Virus record (IMG/VR): IMGVR_UViG_3300010399_000036
Span: 17,119-81,118 of that record
Source: a virus
Reading direction: 5' to 3' (one strand)
DNA: 64,000 nucleotides
Shown: one piece after another, positions 19,184-28,922 of the stretch
Layout of the letters: each line of letters starts with the position of its first letter
Position numbering within the stretch: position 1 is the first letter of the stretch
Notes under the pieces: model-generated
What the model was told of the DNA's origin: nothing
Databases searched by the model: none
What the model saw: only the letters and a program-made list of their open reading frames with translations
Program-made: the position numbers and the translations under genes

Positions 19184-19804
19184 ATGGCAGGACTAGCTGA
19201 CGGCTGGGCAACCAGCGAACTTCATCGAGGGTTCGGTCAACTGTGGATCAATCTCGCCACGCTGGCCACAGACGCGGTGTTAACGATTGATTTTGCGACT
19301 GGAAACCCGGACGCGACTGCCAACCCGAATGGCATAAGCGCGGGCTACACAAACGAGGGCTGGGAGTTTGCGACTTCGCCGACATTCGATGAGATTCGCG
19401 TTGACGAAGAGGAAGACCCGGTGTCTGACTTCATCACGGCCAATGAGACAACTATCACTGGTCAGATGCGGCAGATCTTAAATCTCTCACGTCTTCAAAA
19501 ATTCCTCCCCGGTTCGGTGTATACAGCGCCTACGGGTACGCCGACGCAGATCACAAAGCTTACGGGCGGTGGACTCGCAACCTTCTCTTACTATACAGCA
19601 GCGCTTATATGGCCCGACCCCAACGATCCAGATGTGTTCTGGGCTGTGACTTTGTATCGCGTCCTCAACCGTGGCGGTTTGACTTTTGGAGTAGGCCGCA
19701 CAAAGGACTCCGCTGCCGGCGTTACCTTGACGGGACGCGCTGTTTCAGGCCGTACCGCAGGCGATCGCGTATACGCAATTGTGCGCTACGAGGATCTAAG
19801 CTAA
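19184..19804 (+). CDS. major tail tube protein
   Basis: GYTNEGWEF..SPTFDEIRVDEEEDPV pattern of siphophage tube proteins; upstream of chaperone and tape measure. Confidence 0.8.
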   Translation: MAGLADGWATSELHRGFGQLWINLATLATDAVLTIDFATGNPDATANPNGISAGYTNEGWEFATSPTFDEIRVDEEEDPVSDFITANETTITGQMRQILNLSRLQKFLPGSVYTAPTGTPTQITKLTGGGLATFSYYTAALIWPDPNDPDVFWAVTLYRVLNRGGLTFGVGRTKDSAAGVTLTGRAVSGRTAGDRVYAIVRYEDLS

Positions 19805-19820
19805 GCCCAACTACTTTTTA

Positions 19821-19874
19821 ACAACCCGTGCCGTCGGCGTCCTGAAAAGGATTAGCTTGGCGGCACTTCTTTTT
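19821..19874 (+). promoter_or_regulatory. leader hairpin/terminator before tail chaperone
   Basis: ACAAC, then GTGCCGTCGG/TTGGCGGCAC stem and T-rich tail. Confidence 0.6.
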
Positions 19875-19888
19875 AGGAGAGAGAAGAA

Positions 19889-20434
19889 ATGACAGAACAA
19901 TTGAAAGTGACCCCAATCGAAGAGATCGCAGAGAAGACAAAGGCGGTCGCTGAGGCAGAAGCTACAGATCCGGGCGAGTTGGTGGAACTTCCGAAGACTA
20001 AAATTGTGGTCCGTCTGAGACGCACGGACATCCAAGGCGATGCACTCACCGGCGGCTTGCCGCTGTCCTTAGTTGCCGCTGCGATGGGCGATCAATCTGA
20101 GACTGAGGAGATGACGCCCGAACTAATCAAAGAAGCAACGCGCGGCATGGTCTTCATGCGGCAGACGGTTGTTGAGAACTGTCTTGAGCCTCGCATTGGA
20201 TTCGACCTGGCCGGCCGTGTTTCGTTTCTTAACAACTCGGGGCACGCAATCGCTCGTGTCCACAAGGAAGACTTTCAGTTCATGTTCGCGTTCATCACGG
20301 GGCAGGAGGCTCGAGCCGCGCTGAATAAATTTCGTAACCGAAAAGAAAGACGAACTGCTGCTGCTGGCGCAAACAGCAAGAAGCGGCGGAGTTCGCACCA
20401 GTCTCCTCTTGAGCGAGTTATCGCCAAGCCTTAG
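19889..20434 (+). CDS. tail assembly chaperone (gpG-like)
   Basis: Between tube and tape measure; AGGAG RBS; LNKFR at the putative shift site. Confidence 0.75.
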   Translation: MTEQLKVTPIEEIAEKTKAVAEAEATDPGELVELPKTKIVVRLRRTDIQGDALTGGLPLSLVAAAMGDQSETEEMTPELIKEATRGMVFMRQTVVENCLEPRIGFDLAGRVSFLNNSGHAIARVHKEDFQFMFAFITGQEARAALNKFRNRKERRTAAAGANSKKRRSSHQSPLERVIAKP

Positions 20435-20666
20435 TTCTAACCTAGTCAAGAACAAAGCGTTGGCGGTTGAGCTCGATCTGGCTTGTCAGTTCCTGCTGAA
20501 CCGTCACGACATGGAGATCGAAAAGATGCGCTTGTCTATATGGGGAGACCCTAAGAACGCTGAACCAGAAACCCAGAATGGCGGTAAGCCAGCGACGAAT
20601 CCGAAATTGGCCCATGCACAACAGCAAAAGCTGACCGCTAAAGAAATTATGAAGCGATATAAGTAA
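20331..20666 (+). CDS. tail assembly chaperone gpGT extension (+1 frame)
   Basis: +1 frame is open from 20325 to the tape measure start (FVTEKKDELLLLAQTARSGGVRTSLLL...ELDLAC). Confidence 0.65.
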   Translation, partial: FVTEKKDELLLLAQTARSGGVRTSLLLSELSPSLSSNLVKNKALAVELDLACQFLLNRHDMEIEKMRLSIWGDPKNAEPETQNGGKPATNPKLAHAQQQKLTAKEIMKRYK

Positions 20667-23600
20667 TGGCTGATCCGCTTAGATTATTGTTCGAGCTTGA
20701 TGCCGAGGGAGAACCGGCTGTCAAAGAGTTCAAACGCGTCCGCGCAGCCTTTGCCTCGGAGATTGAAAGCTTTAGGAAACTCACCGCCTCGGCTGTGAAA
20801 ACAAGCGTCGAAGGACCAGGCCAAAAAACCAGACCTAACGAGGGCGCCGCGCAAGCGGCAATCGCTACCAGCAAAACGATTATCGATTCGCAACGCGAAG
20901 TTAATCGCCAAATCGAGGCGATGTGGGCCAATCGTGAGAAGGAACAAGCAGCGTCGTTAAAGCGACAGTCGGATCTATGGACCAAGCATGAAGCCGCAAA
21001 GCTCGCTACTACTCGCCAAGCAGAGAAGCAAAGCGAGGCAGTTGTAGCAGCGTCGCAGGCAGCAAAGGACAAGGCCGCGAAAGCGTCCGCCGATAACTTT
21101 CTCAGGATTCAGAAACAGATCAACGCAGATGTCGCGAAAGCTAACGCTCAGGTTGCTGCCGATCAGATCCGCGCAGCACTTACTGCCGCAAAGGGCACAG
21201 CCGACATCAGCGGCGTCGCATCGAAAGGAATTCGGGATCTCGCAGACAACGTCAACGTATTTATAGGCCAGCGCATTCCGTTATTCGGAGGCGCCTTTCT
21301 TCGCGTCACTGATAACCTCAGAAACTTCAACGTTCAAACCGGCAATGTAGAGGCATCGACACTAAGGTTAGGCAGGGCAATAAATACGCTCGCGGTTGGA
21401 AGCGGCAAAAGCGCCGATGAGATCAAAAAGTTTCTGTCTGGCTTCAAGGATCTTGGAACGCAAACAGAAAAGGATGCTGCGGCCATTGAGTTCTTCGGAG
21501 CCGCCACGGCTCAGAAACTGCTCCCCGCGCTCGGTACGGCTGAAGCAGAAATGGCTGGGCTGACAGCGGCAACCGCAGAGGCCGGCGCCGGGTTGGGTGG
21601 TCTCATTGCCGCCACGGGGCCAGTCGGCTTCGCGGTCGCGGCGGTTGCGTTCCAGGTAGCCACGCTTGTCGTCGGAATCAAACTGCTGTCCGACGTCGGT
21701 ATAGACATTACTAAGCGGTTTTTTGATCTGGCGAAGTCGGCGGCAGGATTTCGTGGCGAGATGGTTGACCTAAGTCAGCAATTAGGTATTTCAACCGAGA
21801 CACTCAGCGCATTCGAGATATTCGCAAAAACCACTGGCGGCAACATTGGCAGTATCACCGCGGCGTTGGGAATCTTTCAACGAAAATTGGAAGAGGCGCA
21901 AGATCCTACAACTAAAGCCGGCCAAACCTTCTCCGAGTTGTCAGTTGATATTGGAGATACCGAAACCGCACTAAGACAAACTCTCACCGCTCTTGAGGCG
22001 ATGCCAGAAGGGTTTCATCAGACCGCGACGGCGTTGGAGCTTTTTGGACGCGGAGGAAAGTCAATCCTTGCCGTTTTGAAAGAAATGGGCGGCAACCTCG
22101 ACGCCGCAATCGAGCGCTTCCGCAAGATGGGGTTGATCATCTCGAGAGAGGACGCAGAAGCAGCCGACAAATTTAATGATCAACTCACAATCTTGGAGCT
22201 GAAATTCCGGTCACTGTTGGGCCGCGACGTGATTCCCGCCGCCACCGAAGCCGTAGAAGAGTTCTCAAAATTCATTGATGAAAACCGCGAAGAGATCCGC
22301 CTACTCAATGAGATTCTCGGCACACTCGCGGGCGCTGTTGGTAGCTTATTCAAGGTGCTGCTGAACGAATTTCGATTCTTTCAGCCTGGCTTAGAATTCC
22401 ACATTGACCTGTGGCACAAACTCGCCGACGCCATGAAGGCCGTCGCTAATGTCACTCCTGTACTGCCAGCGCCTACAATTCCCGAAACATTTACCGGACT
22501 AACACCTACTCCTTTGCCGGGTACTTCAGACTTAGCCAAGGCAAAAGAAGAAGCGCGATTAATACGCGCAGAAATCGATGAAGCGGTCAGGTTTGCGAAC
22601 GAACAGGTTGACGCCATCGATCGCCAGTTAAAAGCCCGTGAAATAGCTCCCGCCGCAGCACTTGAGGCCGTTATAGCCACGGAGAAGGAAAAGACGCGCC
22701 TCGTAGTCGAGGGTTTAAGGAAACAAGCTGAAGCGCTCGATAAAGAGTTTGCGCTCGAGGCAGAGAAACGAGCAAAGCAGCTTCCTGTTGATGAAGAGGC
22801 CCAACGAAAGCGATTTGAGGGTGTGCAGGAGATCAATAACAAGATCCGCACGGCTGAAGATGCCTTTAGAAAACTGGAGGCAGATAAACGAACTGAGTTC
22901 CAGGCGCAAGAGTTACAACGTGAGCAAGCGCATCGCCGGGCGCAATTGGAAATCTTCAATAGCGCCCTAACTGATCAAATCGCCTCACTTAACCGATCAG
23001 CGCAGTTAGGTCGGATACCGAAGTTGGCGGCTGTTGATGCGACTATCGGAATTATCGAACAGCAATTCAAAGCGCGTCGGGAACTACTGGAACGCGAACA
23101 AAGAGAAGCTGGCGCAGATGTCCCGTTGCGCCAGCGCATTGCTGATCAACTGAAGGATCTGGAGCAGCAGAAAACTATCGTTCTAAGAGAACAGAGCAAT
23201 CGACGGGAAGACATTCTCCGGGAAGAGGCTCAAAACTCAATTGACATTCAATTGGCAACAGCAGACCGCATTTTGCGAATCGGGCAGATAGTTGACTCCT
23301 CACGCATAGCGTCGCTCAGGTTTTTCGCCGATCAGAGGATAAAATCTGAGGAGTCAGTGGCCCGCGCAATTCTTAAGATCCAACTTGATGCACTTGAGCG
23401 AGAGGACGACGCAATAAGAGCGCGACTCACAGCGGCCACAACTGTTACTGACCCGCAGCAAAGAGCGAAGACAGAGGCCGATCTTAATAACCAGTTAAAG
23501 ATCAGTCAGGCTGAGCGAGAAGCGATTCAAAACGAAGGTAATCGCAGGATCGATGAGGCGAGACAAAAAGATCTTTCGAATGTTCGCAAGTATGCAGATG

Positions 23601-24853
23601 AACTGAAACGGATCGGAGAGCAAATAGCGGGCATAGAGCGGGATATTGCTGAAGAAGTCATCGAGTTGATGCGGCTGCACTTCGCACGCGGCAAAGACAT
23701 CATCCGAGCACAGCGCGATCTCGAGCTAGCTGATGAAGCCGCGCGACATCAAAGAGTTACTGACTCGATTAAGGCCCAACAATCAGAAGTAGATGAACAG
23801 ATTCGGATTCTTGAGCAGCATCTGAAGGCTTTACGGATTGGAACTGACATAGAAATTGCTGAATTCGAAAGGCTAAAAGCAGCGCTCGAATCGCTGAAAC
23901 AAAAACGAGCACAGTTGAACGCGCAACAAGAGGCTGAAGATAAAAAAACCAAAACTAAGACTGAGGTAATAACAACTGGCGCCGATGCTGACTTGGAACG
24001 TGAAGATCCCTCGAGTGGACGTAGTTTGTTCGGCGATGTATTTGCCAGCACCGTAAAGGATACCGGCTCTACCTTGGCCGGCTTTTCTGCTATGGCTGGC
24101 AGTATTTTTGACAACCTTAGCAAGCAAGCGGGTAACTTCGGAACGATACTCACAAGTGTCTTCTCTCAGTTAGGTGATGCTGTAGGAACAGTCGTTGAGA
24201 ATTTCGTTAAGTTTGGAACAGCTGGAATTAGTTTTAAAAAGTTTGCCGTCGAAGTGATAGCGTCCGTTGCCAAGATGGCGCTTGTCAAATCATTTTTTGA
24301 AATTGCAGAAGCCGCTGCTATGTATGCGCTCTTTTGGTTTACTGGCAACCCAAAATTTGCTAAGTCAGCCACTGAGCATTTAATAGCGGCGGCGGCGTAC
24401 GCGCTAGTCGGTGGTGCCGCCGCTGGGATTGGAAGAGTTGCCGCCGGCCGATCTTTCCGCGATAACCAAGGAACGGCCGCTGCGGCGGTGAGTGGCGGCC
24501 AAGCGGACCCTCGCAATAGAGAGTTTCAGAATACAGGAGCAGTGGTCGAGTCTTCAAGCTCTGCGGTGCGTGAAGGATCGAGCGGCGGAATCCTCGGGCG
24601 TGTCTTCGAGGAAATAAACCAAGTTCGGCGGGAGGTGGCGGAGCGAGATGGTCAGAGAGAACGCATACTCGTCGCCGCCTTGGAGCGCAATACGCAAACC
24701 TTCTCGCAGTTCGGAGTAGAGGGTCACGGCGTTGTCGTTAAAAAGGGCGCAGGCGAAGCGTCGGCAGAAATTGCGGGCGCGGTTGTGACGCATTCAAATT
24801 CGAGCGGAGACTTCAACGAGACATTGCAAAGGAACCTGGGATTTGCTCGTTAG
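20666..24853 (+). CDS. tail tape measure protein
   Basis: 1395 aa, Ala/Glu/Gln-rich helical; DLSQQLGISTETLS and ELFGRGG..IL motifs; hydrophobic segments. Confidence 0.92.
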   Translation: MADPLRLLFELDAEGEPAVKEFKRVRAAFASEIESFRKLTASAVKTSVEGPGQKTRPNEGAAQAAIATSKTIIDSQREVNRQIEAMWANREKEQAASLKRQSDLWTKHEAAKLATTRQAEKQSEAVVAASQAAKDKAAKASADNFLRIQKQINADVAKANAQVAADQIRAALTAAKGTADISGVASKGIRDLADNVNVFIGQRIPLFGGAFLRVTDNLRNFNVQTGNVEASTLRLGRAINTLAVGSGKSADEIKKFLSGFKDLGTQTEKDAAAIEFFGAATAQKLLPALGTAEAEMAGLTAATAEAGAGLGGLIAATGPVGFAVAAVAFQVATLVVGIKLLSDVGIDITKRFFDLAKSAAGFRGEMVDLSQQLGISTETLSAFEIFAKTTGGNIGSITAALGIFQRKLEEAQDPTTKAGQTFSELSVDIGDTETALRQTLTALEAMPEGFHQTATALELFGRGGKSILAVLKEMGGNLDAAIERFRKMGLIISREDAEAADKFNDQLTILELKFRSLLGRDVIPAATEAVEEFSKFIDENREEIRLLNEILGTLAGAVGSLFKVLLNEFRFFQPGLEFHIDLWHKLADAMKAVANVTPVLPAPTIPETFTGLTPTPLPGTSDLAKAKEEARLIRAEIDEAVRFANEQVDAIDRQLKAREIAPAAALEAVIATEKEKTRLVVEGLRKQAEALDKEFALEAEKRAKQLPVDEEAQRKRFEGVQEINNKIRTAEDAFRKLEADKRTEFQAQELQREQAHRRAQLEIFNSALTDQIASLNRSAQLGRIPKLAAVDATIGIIEQQFKARRELLEREQREAGADVPLRQRIADQLKDLEQQKTIVLREQSNRREDILREEAQNSIDIQLATADRILRIGQIVDSSRIASLRFFADQRIKSEESVARAILKIQLDALEREDDAIRARLTAATTVTDPQQRAKTEADLNNQLKISQAEREAIQNEGNRRIDEARQKDLSNVRKYADELKRIGEQIAGIERDIAEEVIELMRLHFARGKDIIRAQRDLELADEAARHQRVTDSIKAQQSEVDEQIRILEQHLKALRIGTDIEIAEFERLKAALESLKQKRAQLNAQQEAEDKKTKTKTEVITTGADADLEREDPSSGRSLFGDVFASTVKDTGSTLAGFSAMAGSIFDNLSKQAGNFGTILTSVFSQLGDAVGTVVENFVKFGTAGISFKKFAVEVIASVAKMALVKSFFEIAEAAAMYALFWFTGNPKFAKSATEHLIAAAAYALVGGAAAGIGRVAAGRSFRDNQGTAAAAVSGGQADPRNREFQNTGAVVESSSSAVREGSSGGILGRVFEEINQVRREVAERDGQRERILVAALERNTQTFSQFGVEGHGVVVKKGAGEASAEIAGAVVTHSNSSGDFNETLQRNLGFAR

Positions 24854-25071
24854 GGCTTCTCCCGCTTGAAATAAAAGCCGGTGAGATTGCTCGTACTGGC
24901 TTCCGGAGATGCGCCGACTAGCTCCCAACCTTCCGCGCCGAGTTGATTTAACTTTTTCTCGCTCGCGTTGTACTCAATCTTATATTCCCACTTCTGAATC
25001 GAACGGACTTGAAAGCCCGTACTGACTACAGAAACGAGCAGTAACGCGGCGATTAGGATTTTCTTTTTCAT
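24850..25071 (-). CDS. secreted DUF4177-like protein
   Basis: Signal peptide, then WEYK...LNQLGAEGWELV. Confidence 0.75.
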   Translation of the reverse strand: MKKKILIAALLLVSVVSTGFQVRSIQKWEYKIEYNASEKKLNQLGAEGWELVGASPEASTSNLTGFYFKREKP

Positions 25072-25074
25072 AAT

Positions 25075-25518
25075 CTAATTCCCCACTCGATTAAGATCGC
25101 AATCTTTAAGAAGCACGTTTCCAAACTTTCCATCACACCGACAGGTAATGACAACCGATCGTCCTTTTTGCAGACTCGACAAATATGATTCCGCCGAGTT
25201 GTCGAAATAACACTGGACGTGTGTTATTCCGAACTCCTGGCCACTGTCTAAGGTGACATACATCGTATCGAGAATATCTTTGCCAATAGATTCGACAATT
25301 CCTGAGACTTGGACCATCTTACCTTTATATTTACGATCAGCCGCAATTTCATTGGCCTCATACTCAGCAACTAACATTGGCGCACTTATGGGAATCGCAG
25401 ATTCGTTTGTGGGAGTTGGTGGCTTAACGGATCTGCCTCCGCCACAACAGAACAAAGCTAAGGTGAGCCAAAGCCCAATAACCATGAAGAGAGAGATGAT
25501 CGATGAAGACATGATCAA
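25075..25518 (-). CDS. tRNA_anti-like OB-fold membrane/lipoprotein
   Basis: TM/lipobox, then ISA..L..EYEANEIAAD.KYKGK.VQVSG.V.SI. Confidence 0.8.
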   Translation of the reverse strand: MIMSSSIISLFMVIGLWLTLALFCCGGGRSVKPPTPTNESAIPISAPMLVAEYEANEIAADRKYKGKMVQVSGIVESIGKDILDTMYVTLDSGQEFGITHVQCYFDNSAESYLSSLQKGRSVVITCRCDGKFGNVLLKDCDLNRVGN

Positions 25519-25724
25519 ACTGGTGGGATAGACGGCACTTGAACGCCGCTTGTTAAAAACAGAAATGCAAAGATAGCGGCAATAATAAACCCCGAGGCAA
25601 GAGATATTACGCCAACGATAATCGCGGAGGAGCGGGCTTCGGGGTTGGAATGGGCTATTTGAAAGATCTCGATACCTTTAAAGGCGAGATAAACGCAAAG
25701 CAAAAGTCCGATGAGAGGAATCAT
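25515..25724 (-). CDS. two-TM membrane protein
   Basis: Two hydrophobic helices; coupled to the next gene. Confidence 0.7.
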   Translation of the reverse strand: MIPLIGLLLCVYLAFKGIEIFQIAHSNPEARSSAIIVGVISLASGFIIAAIFAFLFLTSGVQVPSIPPV

Positions 25725-25943
25725 GGCATCTTATTTGGAGGCAATGAACGTGCCGTGCAAGGTACTAAGGAAATGTCATCGATTCTGAAATATAAAGACT
25801 GGATGACTGTGCGCTGGCGAGCAGTTGAGGCAAAATGAAGCGGCCACCCGAAAGAGTAGCCGTCCACATTGCGCGTGATTGTTTGCCGAATGCGACCGCC
25901 CCTCGGCAGCTATACAGGGTGTTCGGATTTGATCTTTCTGACC

Positions 25944-26267
25944 TTAATCTCCTTCACTTGGCATCACCTCCTTTCCGTTTGGCGCAGCCTTAAACCCGAA
26001 AGCCTCACACACGGCCTCCATCTTTGTCTCGAAGTCATGATCCCGACCCTCTCGGCGCGTTGACCAACGATAGCGAAAAAGAGGATGCGCTTCCACCCTC
26101 TCGACTAATCGGCGTTTGTAAAGATCCAACATGATCAGACGAATGGTAGTTGGCGCGACACCTGACACCATTTCGTACAAATCGGGGTTTGTTACCCAAC
26201 GTCCATTTGTTCCCTTTACAGCAAGATAGACCTTCGCATGATGCACAGAAATCTCTTTACCTGTCAT
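25944..26267 (-). CDS. winged-helix-like DNA-binding protein
   Basis: WVTNPDL...SGVAPTTIR..MLDLYKRRLVER..HP.FRYRW; GAGG RBS. Confidence 0.6.
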   Translation of the reverse strand: MTGKEISVHHAKVYLAVKGTNGRWVTNPDLYEMVSGVAPTTIRLIMLDLYKRRLVERVEAHPLFRYRWSTRREGRDHDFETKMEAVCEAFGFKAAPNGKEVMPSEGD

Positions 26268-26805
26268 ATATCACCTCGATAGCTTAACGTATCTCATCGT
26301 GTCACTGATGGGAGGACGCTCTCCCTTCTCGAAATGCTGGTTTCAAGTGGTTAAGCCTTGGGATACGCTTACTGACCGGCTTTGCTGCTGGATTGCTCCA
26401 GTTCGAGAATTAGGACCAGGACGCGGCGTCTATCAGACAGATCCACTACTGTCTCGTTGCCTGGGAAAGACCTCATAAAGAGTAGAAAGCCGTTTGACGC
26501 ACTTGCAGCTTGCCGCACACACGAAGCCTTTGATTTTAAGATTGCGGGAGTTCTAAGGCTGGAGAAACCCATAAGAAAAATTGCGGCGCAGCCGATGTTG
26601 TGAATTGGGAAGCTGTGGAACGGTAGGTTCATCACTTCTCAACTCGCTTCGAACAAAACTAGATTACATAAAAAGCCGCATTTATTTTTTGCGGCGTGGT
26701 ACAATGCGTTCAATCGCTTCGCTAGCTGCTAGTCAACTCGATTCGAACGCACGGCGCCCCGGCAAGTTTGGAGAAACCCACCGGGGCGTTGGTGTCTTGG
26801 CTGTC

Positions 26806-26967
26806 TCACCGATTCATTACCAGATCATCAAGAGCGAGCCGAAGCTCGCCAAAAAATTGAGCGATCGCGTTCTCGAGATCGGCGCCGGCTTTAAGCCGTT
26901 TGTACAGACGCACCTTGCAATCCCGGATCGCGTCTCCGATTCGGTTGTGTAAGTGAGGCTCGCTCAT
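26806..26967 (-). CDS. hypothetical protein (53 aa, absent from ORF track)
   Basis: MSEPHLHNRIGDAIRDCKVRLYKRLKAGADLENAIAQFFGELRLALDDLVMNR; ATGA overlap with the 26964 ORF. Confidence 0.5.
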   Translation of the reverse strand: MSEPHLHNRIGDAIRDCKVRLYKRLKAGADLENAIAQFFGELRLALDDLVMNR

Positions 26968-27275
26968 GCGGACCTCCGTTTCTGGACGCGGCCGGGATTG
27001 ATCTCGTTTAGATAATCCTCAAGTGCTGTCTCGAAGCGTGGCGAGTGCGCGAAGGCGAGTTTTTGAACAGTCCATGTAGCGCCATCGCGATCAACGCGGT
27101 CAATGTTTTCGTTCGTGAGAATGTCGACCAAAAACATAAGACTTCTTACAGTCTCATCGTTGTATTGCCCGAGAATCTCACTAACACAATCTTTGATTGT
27201 TTGATCCATTTCTCGCCAAGTCTGCTGGTCACTAGCGAGTCTGAGTGTGGTTGGTTTAGAATTAACAGAAGGCAT
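26964..27275 (-). CDS. hypothetical protein
   Basis: AAGGAG RBS; first gene after the leftward promoter. Confidence 0.65.
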   Translation of the reverse strand: MPSVNSKPTTLRLASDQQTWREMDQTIKDCVSEILGQYNDETVRSLMFLVDILTNENIDRVDRDGATWTVQKLAFAHSPRFETALEDYLNEINPGRVQKRRSA

Positions 27276-27367
27276 CGCTTATCTCCTTTAACCGGGACTA
27301 AGTTGATGTTTAAGGCTCGTCCGATGGCGGAACCCATTTGGCGAGCCGCTTCTTCGTAATAGAATAA

Positions 27368-27450
27368 ATCATAAGCGTAGGACTTACGATTTGTCAAGCC
27401 CTTCCGTGTTGGTTATAAACCTTGATTATAAGCCTGAGGGTTAGTACTAT
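27368..27450. promoter_or_regulatory. divergent sigma70-like promoters
   Basis: Leftward TTGACA(27397-27392)-N18-TATGAT; rightward TTGATT(27422)-N17-TACTAT(27445). Confidence 0.6.
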
Positions 27451-27456
27451 TCGCGG

Positions 27457-27741
27457 TTGGTGAGAGGCAAAGTTAAAGCGTTAAAGGAGCGTCGAGAGGC
27501 ACTGGGCCTCGCTCAGCCGGAGATGGCTGAACGGCTTGGCGTTCATCCAATGACGTTATCAAAGTGGGAGCGTGGTGTCTTATCAGTCCCTCCGTACGTA
27601 CTTCTTGCCGTAGAAGCTCTTGAATATCGGCAAGCTAATGGAATAGATGCGCGGCCCGAACACATGCCCAAGCCAGGGCGACCCAAGAAGGTTGCGACGA
27701 AGAAGAAAAGTAACCGGAGGTTGCGGCATGACGTTTCATGA
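27457..27741 (+). CDS. XRE-family HTH regulator
   Basis: LKERREALGLAQPEMAERLGVHPMTLSKWERG. Confidence 0.9.
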   Translation: MVRGKVKALKERREALGLAQPEMAERLGVHPMTLSKWERGVLSVPPYVLLAVEALEYRQANGIDARPEHMPKPGRPKKVATKKKSNRRLRHDVS

Positions 27742-27985
27742 AGCCGTGCTATGGTGCGCCAAGCATTCAGCCGTCATCAGGTTTACTTGGAATGAAAGTG
27801 GATCGTATGGGAAATTCACGCTTACACTGCCGAGCGGCGAGTGTTGGAGCGGCACCTACCACCCAAATAGCTTTGATTCCATGTTTCCATACCAAGTCGA
27901 ATGTTTTGTCGCCTATCTCGCAAAGGGAAGCTCCCTGGAAGTCTCGCTAAAATACATCGATCGCGCCCGCCGATTAGAAATGTAA
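27728..27985 (+). CDS. hypothetical protein
   Basis: GGAGG RBS before ATG 27728 (shorter than the track ORF starting 27647). Confidence 0.5.
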   Translation: MTFHEAVLWCAKHSAVIRFTWNESGSYGKFTLTLPSGECWSGTYHPNSFDSMFPYQVECFVAYLAKGSSLEVSLKYIDRARRLEM

Positions 27986-27997
27986 CTCAAGCGGGTT

Positions 27998-28079
27998 TGC
28001 TATAATCCGCTCCGTTCGAACAACAGGTGCCGTCGGCGAGTCTCACAAAAGACTTTTGCTGGCGGCATTTTTTCTTTTT
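27998..28079 (+). promoter_or_regulatory. extended -10 promoter and leader hairpin restarting tail gene transcription
   Basis: TGcTATAAT 27998-28006, ACAAC, GTGCCGTCGGCG/TGCTGGCGGCAT stem, T run. Confidence 0.65.
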
Positions 28080-28091
28080 AGAGAACAACTA

Positions 28092-28541
28092 ATGTCCTTA
28101 CCTACTGATGACTTCGAGACCCTGCTTTATAGAGGTCACTTCCACGTAACAGAAGAACTTGATTACTCCGAAGCGATTCTGTCGGCAGGATACGGCGGCG
28201 GTTATCGTGTGGATGAGATCGTGTTTCCTGCTCTGCGCGCTTGTGCGCTGTCATATCCCACACTACACAAGGACGCACTGATCGAAGTGGCTGAGGATGT
28301 CTTTGTCTCGCGCCACGATTATCTATGGGACTTCTACAAGGGGCGTAAAGACGCGGGCAATCAACCATTCCTAATGAAATCAGTTAAAGATGCTAAGTGG
28401 TTTTTATGGGTCTTCGCGGACAACAAACTCAGCTATCAGCTTTTGGATCTGTACATGGCGAGTTCGGGAGTGAAACTGCAACAGGTAAACGTAAAAGGCG
28501 TAACCGCTGATAACGCAGATGGAAGCTTTGATGAGGAGTAA
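28092..28541 (+). CDS. distal tail protein (lambda gpM-like)
   Basis: A.YGGGY, YLWDFY..RK..GNQPF pattern; first tail gene after the tape measure and moron. Confidence 0.6.
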   Translation: MSLPTDDFETLLYRGHFHVTEELDYSEAILSAGYGGGYRVDEIVFPALRACALSYPTLHKDALIEVAEDVFVSRHDYLWDFYKGRKDAGNQPFLMKSVKDAKWFLWVFADNKLSYQLLDLYMASSGVKLQQVNVKGVTADNADGSFDEE

Positions 28542-28545
28542 AACA

Positions 28546-28851
28546 ATGGAGCCAATAACGAATGAAACAGTCAAAACGCTAATTGAAGAATCTGGCGAGA
28601 TGTGGGAAGCGGTGCGAGATAGGGTAAATTCGCCCGTGTTGCTACAAGTTCCTAATCAGTGGGCAGGTTCTGTCTATGAGCTATCACTTCCTGACAGAGA
28701 AAAGCATCCTTTCTGGCGCGTATCAGAGCGGGATTTGACGCCCGAAGAGGATGCGTCTTTGAGAGCATTCTTAAACCACGGCCCTTACATGGGAGATCTT
28801 ACCTCAACGGATAGCGGTTCTTATTTTGCGTGTGCGTGCTTACGTATTTAA
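28546..28851 (+). CDS. hypothetical protein (paralog of 17856-18212)
   Basis: GAGGAG RBS; YELSLPDREKHPFWRVSERDLT. Confidence 0.6.
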   Translation: MEPITNETVKTLIEESGEMWEAVRDRVNSPVLLQVPNQWAGSVYELSLPDREKHPFWRVSERDLTPEEDASLRAFLNHGPYMGDLTSTDSGSYFACACLRI

Positions 28852-28922
28852 CGGCAGAAGAGAAGGCGGTTGGGACATCAGCGTTGATAGGGTGAATATA
28901 GAAATCATCAATTCCGAGCCGC

